Positions 37,970 through 49,840 of a stretch of DNA of 64,000 nt are shown in pieces. The notes under the pieces were generated by a model, which worked only from the letters and a program-made list of their open reading frames with translations, ran no database searches and was not told the DNA's origin. Source of the DNA: Balanoglossus misakiensis (taxonomy: Eukaryota > Animalia > Hemichordata); the NCBI GenBank assembly GCA_040954595.2, contig CM082578.2, positions 6,185,519-6,249,518 on the forward strand, written 5' to 3'. How positions within the stretch are numbered: the first letter of the stretch is position 1; each line of letters opens with the position of its first letter. The position numbers and the translations under genes are program-made.

Positions 37970-40900
37970 CTGCTTCTGCTATGACAACAATCAGGCTCAC
38001 CTAATGACAACCGTTTATAGAAAATTCAAGAATATAGCTTTTTCGTGCCATATACATGTATAAGATTAAACGTATATTCCAGAATTTTACTTTTCTCAGT
38101 TTTCAAATGAAAATATGCTCTCCCCATTTAATAAATATGTCAAATGCGCGAACCGGGTGAATTGATATCTGTTCTGTTTCTTGTACGCTTAACATTGAAC
38201 CAGTCAAAATATTCGCTGTGCCGGCCAGCCCACTAATTTTTACTAACTGTGTTAGTTACTCCATAATGCCGCCCTTCTCGAAACTTCCGGTACGTACTGG
38301 TCTACTGTACGTCATGCACGTATACTTGGTAAAACCACCCGTTGCCATGAATACTCAAAACAGAATTCCAAGTATTGTCTGAGTAAATAAGACAATATCC
38401 GTTGGCGTTGCTGCGCGCCTAATTTGGAGAATAGATCGTTCAGATTAAACCGCGCGCTCAAGGTGAGGAGACAATGGCATGTCATTCAAGAAGGTTGAAC
38501 TGGAGAAATTGAATAAAATATTTAAAGATCACCCAATATGTGCTATTCGCGGCACATTTTATACGGCATCACAATTTTTTAAGCCAATTTTAAAAAAAAA
38601 AGCATAGGGAAATGAAATCTACGTTGCCCAATTGAATGCCACTTAACCCATTTATGCACGGAAATGGGTGGGACCCGATGAAGTATTGGAAAAATATTTC
38701 TGTTCCAGCCCCATTGCATGAGATGGCCACGCGTACTAGACATGGGGCAACCCCTGAACGGTACTTATCCGTAAATTTCCATCTCCGTGGTAACTTCCCG
38801 GTAAATGCCCACGCATAGTTTTTTTTCGTGTTCTAATCAGATTCAACTGCGCAGACGACTCCTCTTTTACCGCCGATAATTACGTGGGTATTAACATCAC
38901 CGATATGCGCGTTAACTTTAAACGTTAATAAAACAAATTGCCAACTTGTTCATTGTATTTTGTTCGAATAAAATACCGTTGTACTGTTTCCGCGGACGAA
39001 AAATCATTTAATTGTGGGTGTAGTATGCACATTTGAGTAAATTTCTATCGTTTTCCGTGTATCTTACATATCCACATGTACCCTCCAGTAGCGTGGCAGA
39101 ACATATTTTTGGAAAAATTACTGAAAATTTATAATCACACTTTTTTACTTTCCTGTGACTAGAATCGATTCTAAAAAATCGCACAGAGCCGGACTGAGAG
39201 ATACAGTGACTATTCGGTGGGATCTTTTAGCATTAGTCTGAACGTTTCTCATTTGTGTGAGACACATCATTCATGTTGCTAAGGGTAATTACACCCACTC
39301 AAATGTGGCGTGTTCGAGCTGTACATCATGTAGACATATAAAATATACAAATTCTCCCGAGACATATTTTTGGGTTAAGTACAATAATGATACAATGTAT
39401 GGCAGTATTTATCGAAACAGTGTAAGTTTTAGTCTTGAATGGTGATTCAGAGAACAAATATCAGTTTAAGCAGAAATGCATAGGTATAATGTTATAAAAC
39501 GATCGTGCAGATTAGCAGGCAGTTCTGTGTGAGGTGATCGCGGGTCATTCTCCATTAGGTCGTTAACCGGAGTAATGAATGGGACATGATATTCAATATC
39601 ATCCAAGGTGCCCCGTTCGCTATTCGCTCATTTTGTGCCAGCTTACGATTCACTGTCATTTTCTATGGTGAAAAGAAGAACCAATGGCAAATTGCACGTA
39701 ACCGACTAATTTTTTGCACATAAACGGAAATGTCTGGAACCCGGGAAGCATTGCGAAATATTCTAGTCAAGTTCCTATTGCATCAGACATACATTGGTTG
39801 CGCTTAGCAACGGGGTTGAAACTGTGTGCGTACTTTACGGAAATTTCCATTTATACCCAAAAGCTTATTGCGGTTTAGTGCCTACGCGCAGTATGACGTG
39901 TTCTTTTTCAAATTTTCATTTTTGATCAGATTTAACGCAGACGGCACCCACGTGTTCACCGTCGAGTTCACATTTTTAACTCAGATTCATATAAACGCGA
40001 ATATTCTACCACCGTTTTTGTCGTTGGTTTTTAACTTGAGTGCATCATACATTGTTTAAAACTGCACACAGCCGGAAGGAAATAAAATGCTGTCAGTAGT
40101 TATCAGTGCATGCACATATGTACATGTCTATTATTATTCCGGGTATCAGTCGCGCAGTTGTCTGGCGATGTATTAAACAACCCACTTGGCAGACAGAAAA
40201 GAATGTTGGCAGTATCACTTCAAAGAAACGCATTTTTGACCAGAAGTATACGTAACAAAGGTTTCCTCACGCTTGAATTTCTGGCCAGTATCATAAGCAA
40301 TATAAATGACATCATGGAAATGTTCAAATTGTTCTATCCATACTCGATGTGTAAATTTAGCTGTCGCAGTGATCGGACAGATTCGGCATATTTCAGTTAA
40401 CAGAATTATACAGAAGTAATATTGTAGAAAATGCAACAAAAACATCTAAATAATGTTACCGGCTTTGTCACGTATTTTTTAACTCAAGTAGCTAGAGCTG
40501 TAAGGTGTGGCTATAGTGTCTGCACGTATCAGCCCCAAATTGTCTTGTTCGGCTGCCCATCCCATTTGTGTACGATGTGTACAGAATGCAGTGTCATTGT
40601 TGAGTTAAAGCACGAATTTGAATCTATTTGTTGACATTAACAACATACAGATTCTGTGGACGAGCAGAAAAGGCCCGACTAGTTGTTGGAATTTCAGTAA
40701 ACTGAAGGTAGTCGAAGAAGAAACTCGTAAAACTGCACTGCAGTGAAACCACTGAAAAATAGCCAACAGTCGCCCAAAAGGTAACCGTATCCTTTACTAG
40801 TAAAGGGACAATATCTGCATTGAATGAAATGTTAAAAATAATAGTAGTTACAGCTTTTCTGCCACTACTACCTAAAACGCATTTGATTCGGTATATTCAT

Positions 40901-43900
40901 GTACACGGCTCTGAATATAACACATGCAAAACGCTCAACGTGAGAAAATCGGACAGTGCCCTATTTTAAACGCCGGAATCACACACTTTTCTCGTGTACT
41001 GGTAATTGCTACTTATTACGTGTGAGACTCGGCACGTCTCTCTGGGCGCGACACCGGATTATAACGATTGTCTGCATCTTCAAACAGAGAGAGAGAGAGA
41101 GAGTACACAGTCCTGGAAAGTACAGTTACACTGGCGCGCGCGTCATTTGTTTGTTATGCGTTGTTTACGACGTTGTTTATAAATACGCGTGGGGCTCGCC
41201 CCGGAATGTGGACACGGCATACGCAGACCTAGACGGTCGCAGCCGGTTCTGTGCCCGTGATCAACACGTTCGACCAGCATGCTGGGCGCAGCTACATCAC
41301 CTGACATTCTGTTTATTCCTTCAGCGTCTGTACACATTAAATGCAGCTGATTGAATTTCAGGTTCGTAAAAAACATGTACGAAGGGAACGTTCATTTGTT
41401 ATATACGGCGTGGCAATACTCCATCAATTCGCACCCTGCCGATTAGTACTTTGTGCACCTATGCAAATTTAGCTACAGTTACCATGGCAAATTGAGATCT
41501 AGCCAATCACTGAATTTCAGTGGGCATGCAGTGTATCAAGACTGCAGTGTGACAAGACTGCCAGTGGTATACCTGCCGTGCCACGCTACGTGGGTAATAA
41601 TCATTAATTAACATGCATTTGTGAAGAAAAACTACACGTAAAGCATATCATATTTAGAGATCACGATTAACTTTTTCAAAAAAATATGAAAGCATCTTGT
41701 GTTATGCTCTTTTGGTCTACATTAGTTACTTGGTGTGGGGGAAAGTACTTGTTTTGAGGATATTGAAACGCGTACACTTGTTGACAACAACGTGACTGTC
41801 GAGTCAAAATTATTATAGTCTCACTAGCACTACTCTGCCATATTTATGATGTCGAAGGGGTCTAACTGCTGTTGTGCTTTTAGTGGGTGTTCGAATATAT
41901 TCTCGGACAACATTCATCCCCCAGTGACTTTTTCAAAGTCGACCCCGGATAGCCAAATTAAGATTGACCTCCGTGCGATATTCCCGTTCCACCCACCTCC
42001 CACAACTATTGAATCCTCCCTAATGCGTGATGATAGAATAAAAGGGCAAGGATTGCGCACGGAGAAAACAAAGCCATCCGTGAAATCGGAGCGAACACAT
42101 AAACAGGAAAGTATTACCGGTGCTCAACAGACAATAGCTTGTCAATAACAGCAAGTTCATACAATATCATCTATCGATATAAATATTATCATTATCTGAC
42201 CCACCGATTAATACCACCGTTTGTTCTAACTTTTCTGTTCATAAACATTTTGCTGCAATGTGGACAATAGTAGCAGTTGTACGTAGAGTATAATTCATTT
42301 GGCGTCCCTCTCACAGTTGCACTGGGTCTAACCTCAGCTTGCATAATTTGTTGCGCGACACGGCGACTCAACTTGTCCGTCGAGATCCCGACTATGATAG
42401 AAAACATCGGGAAAATAATCGCCGTTAGCAACTGGGTTGGAAAAAGACCCGCTTCCAAGACAGTTAACGAAACCCAAAGAATGTTCACACACCGACTACT
42501 TGCCTCCAAGTTACATCTTGTAAATAAACCCCAGTCTATAACCGGTTCTGGGTAGAAAAATTATACAGGCCGTTGACACTATGCGGCAGTAGGGCCATCT
42601 AGGCTAAAAACTTTAAACCAGTATCCGTTTAAGTAAAAGGCGAATTAAAATCTATTATATTTTTGCACAATTCCGCTATGAATATGAACTTTGTTGTGAA
42701 GTTGTTGACGTCCAATTAATGACAATGGCGATGAGATCAACAATGGTGACAGTAACCTTGGTGACAGTGACGCTGCCACTGACATTGTGGAAAGTGTATC
42801 AACACGCAGCCGGCAATAGAGCGCATGCGTCGATTTGACCCCACAGAATGCGTAAACTTGTTTTCCCATCAAAGGGTCCTTGAAAGCCTTGAAGTTCAAC
42901 GACAACTACCAGTACTACGGCGCACCCTAGATAATTTTAATAATGCAGTAACTGAGAAGATCAACGGGCGTGTGTATGTGGGAATAACCGACCGTGAACT
43001 TGGTGTATATTGTTGTTTTTCTCCTACATACGCCCTCACTCAACCAATTCGATAATTTATTTTTAACCTACATGTACATTTTAACGTGGCATTTCAATTT
43101 GTTATAATATGATGTAACTTATCAATTAGGTAAAGGGATGTAGATTTATAATTCAGTGTGGGCTGTATCACTGAATAATGTAACTGCATGATACAGTTTT
43201 GCGTCGTGTGTTAAAGTCACTGCACTTCACAACACAACAAAGTGCTGTGAGGTAACCGCCATGACCGTTCAACGACCTTTTACTCGCGGCAAAATACAGG
43301 TATACGATCTGCAAAACGCAGGGAAGATGCGTCTCTTACCACGTAACCACGCATGCATGTAACGAGATACTTTTCGTTTGAATGCAAAATAATGCCTAAC
43401 CCTAGGCCCTAACCCTTACAAAAACGTGCAAAAGGGGTTCGTTTATACCATGGGCGCTTTTTAACCGACTGTGTTCTTGAAGCAAAACTTGATCGCATGG
43501 TCGCAAATGCATTCAAATTTCAGAATCTTTCCCGGATAGTATAGTAGCTGCTTGTAATTGGTATTATCCAGGAGGTACTTCAATGTCAAACAGTTTACCG
43601 CACGCGGTTTTCTTTTATGCATTTCATCCGTAATCCTGTGGCGTTGAACTTTTGACCCTTCAGCTTGTTTATTCCAATATCAAAGGCTTCGGGCAGGAAT
43701 ATATAAAAGCGTGCGTGGTGGGCTCATTTTGATAATTCATGGTCGGTGGGAACAGGCAGCCTTGCATTTGTGATATCAACAAAATAATGAAGGGTTATTC
43801 GAGTTCAAAAGCGTTCGCGCGCATAGGATCATGGGTGAAAAGTAGATTTCACAACGGGGACTGATCTATCGGCCTGAAGAATGTGTTATGAAAGATTTTG

Positions 43901-45177
43901 AATTTTGAAGGTATTTCTGACTAGATAATGTATTTTGACCGCAGATGTCTTGTTCCTTTGTGTTTTTGCCTCATCACCGGTCATGGACCCCACCCTGCCA
44001 TGTGCTTTCGAAAAATGATCTACAGCAGCACAACTACCAAACGTATGATTTGCCTTTTGTTTCGTGCCGTGGAAATACATTGTACTGTGCACAGAAATAC
44101 GAAAAAGTAATACAATATATTAAAGTCGTATACAGACGAAAGAAAATATATAACCACAAGAAAGGGGGCTTTACTTGAAACTGAGCTCTTGTGATAGTGG
44201 TGAAGGTTTCTACTGCAAGGCTCACTACCCCCTGTGTTATATCAACCTTGGTTTCTCATTCAGCTCCCCAGAATGGGATTGAAAGCGTGATGTCAATCTT
44301 CTCAACATAGCCCATGTACAAATCGACATTGCCACTGTTTAAAGCCGCACTTGAATGCGTTTGCCGACAAAAGCAATTATTTGTTCGTTAACTTATACAT
44401 ATGACTTGTTGTCAAGCAGAAAACTGGGCGTGTTGTGTGTGATACTAAAGGTAGGAGGATCATAAGGAAATGAATTTTATAAAAAAAAAAAAAGTTGTGG
44501 AGAGTATAAGCGCTTCTAGTTTTTCAGTCTATATGCATGGTCAAGCTATGTAAACCAATGTCATTGTGAAGTTTCTTTCACGAGTACACACGTGTACAAA
44601 TCCATAACCGTTCAAATTGCACCAGGTGCCGTCCGAAGATTCTATATTATCTATATTTGTGTTAGTTTTGGATATTAAGGAGATTTGTGTAAAACTGTTT
44701 TTCTATTTTGTAACAAGTATAATTCGATATATCATGCGATTTATTCATCATTTTGAGTAGACAAATTTGTGAGTCTCTCCAGCTCGACTTGTCGGATTTA
44801 TTGTGCGATGCCGTGGTGACGGTTTTACCGCGCTTCTTTGCAACTTCACCCGAAATAACATTTTGGGATTATCGGTCGTAAAGTACTGTTGACCTATTCA
44901 GACTGTTCAAAAGTGTTCTGTCAGGTAGGTTCTGTCAGTGTCGAAAATATAAGCAATGAATTCTTCTGGACACATTGTGTTAAACAATGTATTCTGAAAA
45001 CGAAGGTCTACAATTAAAAACTATTTGGTCGTTGAGGGCAATGTCATGGTGTTTGCAAAACTTGACCATTCAGAAAGTGGCTCATCTTCCCACAGTCCCT
45101 CAAGAAAGACGTGTGTGGAGGGACTGTGTCGAACCCAACTATGCCCTTGTTCTTGACGTTATCGTGAAGATGTTGGT

Positions 45178-45981
45178 TTACTCTGCACCTATCATGTCGA
45201 GCAGTACGTTCGCCATGTTCCGGGGCCAGGCGTTCCAAGAAAATCCCGCAATGATTTTGAGTGCCAGATATACGTCCATGATTTCAGACAACTGTCGCAG
45301 AACGTCCACATTATTGACAGAGAGGCACACTAACGTATAGCAGGCCCAGCAGGCTAGACGTTTATCGTCTGGGACGAGGATGATGTCGATCAGCGCTCTG
45401 ACTCCACCGAGACGTATGACTTTGTCCTGGGTGTCCCTGTTCACGTGACACATCTCACTTAACGTTCGGACTACTTCTACTTTGACATTGACCGTCGTGC
45501 CGGATGCCTTCAGCAAGTCCAACAAAGTGGCAATGTGAGTTGCTGCAAGTTTGTTGGCTTCCGGTCCCCCTGAAACGGTACAACATTATATGAGAATTTA
45601 CTGTTCACCTGTCGCTAACAATACACTTTTGTTTAAATAATTGTTCTTGTTTGACTTCAAACTAACTATTGTTTGGACTTTCCAGGTGGTGTGACTGTAG
45701 TTGTAAACTGCGAAAGACAAACGACTTGCCAAGTTGCCAGTTGTCGGTCGATCACGTGACAATTGTCAGCCAATCTTACCGGTGCATGCAAGAAGACCGA
45801 TCTTCTGGATGGCGTCTGCTTTCGTTTCGTTGTCCGCACTTTCTGTCAAACACTGGGCATACATCATTATATCACGTCTGTATTTGTTAACCTCACTATC
45901 CCAAGGTTGACTTCCTGTGTCGCCTCCGTGGGTAAAATGCGTCCACTTTTTCCCGACACTTTCGAAGACCCTACGAAACAT
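45178..45981 (-). CDS. Small armadillo-like helical protein, ARMH2-like
   Basis: Exons 45981-45780 and 45569-45178 join in frame (MFRRVFES...KIGLLACTG|GPEANK...). ARM-like segments (VRTLSEMCHVNRDTQDKVIRLGGVRALIDII; WACYTLVCLSVNN). The C-terminal WNAWPRNMANVLL resembles ARMH2 as I recall it. Confidence 0.7.
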
Positions 45982-48860
45982 GTTTCGTCTGTGTGCTAAT
46001 TGTTGGTCAGCAACGGTCAGGGAGAACCTTCCAGAGCCTTTAGAATATTTGATGCGCCCGCGCGTCTGACGTCGTGCGCGCCGTTGCTGTGACGTGTCTT
46101 CCACATAAAGAACGCGAACGACGCGAAGTCTTGTTTGAGCTTCAGTGTAGAAGCATGCATGCTTCATCACATCTGGGCCAGGTACACCGACAGCGATTGG
46201 AGATGACGCGAATAGACCAATGGATGTATATTCGTCCAAGACCACAGTCACTGACACTAGAAGCAGCACTCTACTATCTATGGTTGTATAGCAATTTAGC
46301 ATTAGATTGCGCTGAACAGACATTTTTAAAAACTATTACAAGTTTCAAAATCTGAAATGTAACAGGATCATAAAATTTAACCAGGTGCTTATAAAAGGTG
46401 ACGATTGTAAAAAGTTACCCCCCCCCTAATTTCTCCGGCCCATCTTTTCGTTGTAAATGAAATTACTAATAAAGCTCCCTTGTGTCAAATATTGGAAGTT
46501 GTGTGTGGTCGAATGTTGATTCACCATATATCCACATGTAGAATAACATAAACGGTGTCTTGTATCAAACATAATTATTGGAAAAAGGGCTGTGAGAGAG
46601 ACTTTGTCCCTTTAACTTAAAAAATATCATTATCACATGCATTTACCATTGTACTCGTAAACGTAAACGCAAAAATCGATGACCACGCCTGCAATTTTAA
46701 ATCACGATTCTTACGAATTTAAAGTTTGGGTGTCCAGATGAAATTATTAAGAGGGAAGTATAGTGGCCGTCTACAACTTGGACAGAAACACAGATAATGT
46801 GCACGTGGGATCGCGTTTCCTTTGAATGTCTATACCTTTTACCTTGTGTTTTTTTTGGGTGACGGGAAGTGTTAAGGCCTTTATCACGTTGTTGAGATAG
46901 ACCACTTCGAAATCTTATCTCGTCCGTCCTTACGTGGTATTTGCGAATCGAGAATTATAGGCATCATTTAACCCCTTGTTGCAAACGTCGTTGATGGATA
47001 TCATTCTAAAGCTGCGTTGGTTTCTGAACTCGCTCGACTGGCCAGAAGTTATTTTAACTGGGTGATCGATACAGGACAAATGTGCGTATACGCACGGTCA
47101 CGCCATGTAGGAAAATATTAAAGGCACTTCAGGGAGTGGTCTAAACACGTGCTCCAACGCTGAGAAAAGGCCAAATTTAATAGACGTCTCGCGTGACTTC
47201 GCTAAAATGCGCACAATTGTGAATTCTAAAAAGTGCAGTTCGCATTACCACAGAAACAATGCATTTTTTTATACTAGAGACATTATATGTGTCTGGTCAC
47301 CGCTAAGAATGCTTCTTCTGAAATTGTGTCGTGCCTGTGTTGTCGTGTGGAACAGACTGAGTCACTCTGTAACACTCTAGCTGTTCACTACTGTTGATAA
47401 TTATGTCTTGTTTAAAACTCCAGCGAAACACATGCATACAGTTTTTCAATTTCTCTTAAATTCCTATTCCCTTTATGATTTTATAACACATAGTTGTATT
47501 CTCGACTAGATTCTGTGTCAAGTTGTGGCAGTGCAAGAAATTTCGCCCGTCTCTTTTTTATTTGCTCGCATGCAGGAGATTTAATTAGCTAGAAGATTTC
47601 AGTTTGGCAAGGATATTCACTCTTTATTGTAATCAACAAACAAACGGCTGACCTGGCCTTATTACTTGTCGTTACCTCAATATTTGACGTTTGATTTTCA
47701 TGGGTGCATGGCGATTGGTGCAAACAATAGTGTGTTGTCGTCGAGGGTCGATAACATGAAAATGTTTGGTTTATACGACACCTTTTTGCATATATATTGG
47801 TTTCAACCCGGTTGCCAAGGGTTCTTTGTTATGGCTTACGTCACGAACTGTCCGCTTTTTGTAGAAAGTTTAAAAACTGTCATCTCCATCATTAATTCTA
47901 ACAGTAAATAGAGAAGTTTCTTTCTAGACTTCGCGTTTTTCTCAAATGTGAAGACCCTAGAAATGCCAGGAAGAAGAAAATTCAGAAATCCGTTTGTAAG
48001 AATACTTGAAAGTGACAGGAATTTAATTAGAAGATTCGAATTTAATTAAATATGGTAATGCAACGCTTTTAAACAATAACACTGGCGTAAGTTGACACTG
48101 ACTCGACAATCAACAAAGTGCTTTCTGGTGGCCATTCGATGACGTAGCAACCACAACAATTGACGTCAGAAAACGCTGACTTTTCATTGGTGATTTCCCT
48201 GGTTCCAGTGCAACAAAACGACAAGCTGTAATTCCAACCCGCCTCAGTTCTGGAGACTGCGCATCGTACTCGCTTGAAGACTCAGTTGTAAAGGTAAGTT
48301 CCGATTAACTTTCACTTATTGTAAGATGTCAAAACAGTCAGCGGATGGATGTACAGGGGGAAAAGGCATCAGCCAAAACAAGCACACGTGTTCCCGATAC
48401 ATGGTTGTGGTGCTGCGGCCATTATTAGGTTTTTAGGAGAGGAATTTCAATGCGGATGGCATGAAGATGTCGAATGATAATATGGGGGGTTTTGAAAGGT
48501 CGCTGTAGCCTACATAGCGGAAAGGCAATTCTTTATTGGCCGAAGGAAATTATAACAGGAGAAAACATCACACTTTATATAATGCGTGGCAGTCAGTACT
48601 TGTACTGTTACACTGCAAGCGATTGCTCACATCCTGAACATAATTGAACTCTCGGTCTTAATAGTGCTAAATACAAAGTGGTCTTATATACCGTCTTCCT
48701 GCCATGATTTGCTCATACATTTGTCCTATAGCTACGGTTGGTATTACAGCTTGACCTCCTCAGTCGTTTGATTGATTTAACGATCCGTCACCCCGACCAT
48801 GGTTCGTCAGTTTTCCACCATTTCAAAACATCCATGTTTGTATTGGGTTACATTGGAAAG

Positions 48861-49576
48861 GCCTGCGTACAGGTCCGTGTGTTCCCGTCGTTACACGACC
48901 TCCACCATAGCCCTGCTTGGCTCCATATGCCAAACTGGCGCGTCTGCGGTCCGGATCCGGACCGCAGCTTTTTCGGCCGAAATTCGATTTTATGCGGGGT
49001 AATCCTTTTCCCGTCTAATTCAACCCCCTAACCGATTATAACCAACTCCAAAAATCACGCGATTAACTTCTCCTTTAAGTCCGAACCGCTCGCTTTCTGA
49101 AACTTTTGTGTTTACCCATGCAGTGGAGCTATAAACTCACTGTATTCAAAACGCGATCGGAACTATTTTGGGATAACTGCATACCGCTAAAATGTGTACA
49201 AAACTATAAATATCGTAACAAAACAAAATGATAAATATGTCGAGTGTGTAGGCTACATGGCACATGCAGTGTGCTGAGAGTTTTATCCCAAAATAGTTCC
49301 AATCGTGTTTCAATATAACGATCTCCATAGGTAAACACACAAAAAATTCAGAAAGCGAGCGGTTCGGACGTTAGGAATTGTTAATCGCATCACTTTTGGA
49401 GTAGGGTAGGAGGTAGACAGGGAATTCGAAAGAATTTTGCCCCGATAAAATTTCGGCCGAAAAGCTGTAGTCCGGATCCGGTCCACAGACACGTCAGTTT
49501 TGTCTGTGGAGGAGCCTTGCAGGGCTGTTGTGGAGGCCGTGTAACGCCGCGAACACACATACCGTACGCTGGGCTA
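48861..49576. mobile_element. MITE-like foldback element with about 260-bp diverged inverted arms in the presumed first intron of the chitinase
   Basis: 48861-49120 is the reverse complement of about 49325-49576 (shared ccggatccggac, tttcggccgaaatt, gtccgaaccgctcgctttctgaa); spacer about 200 bp; no clean TSD. Confidence 0.8.
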
Positions 49577-49840
49577 CATGTAGTCTACGTCACGGTGCGT
49601 CCACGCGCAACTGAATCTTGCAATCGCAACTGTATTTAGGGTTGAAAACATTTGTTTTCGATAGAGTAAGCTAAAATTCACTTTGTAATCAGCCTTCAAT
49701 GACTGAATAGCTCATAAACTCATAAAACTAACCGATTAGTTCCGTGGTGTCACTTTTGCTGTATGTTTTACCCATATGCAATTATCGCTTCTAAACATAT
49801 AATCTCGTCAACAGTGTTCGCATAGACCACTTTCTTGGCT

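Noticed and set aside
41846-43055. Cluster of 76-105 aa ORFs including a CPHC motif
   Set aside because: I could not build a consistent spliced model or recognise a domain.
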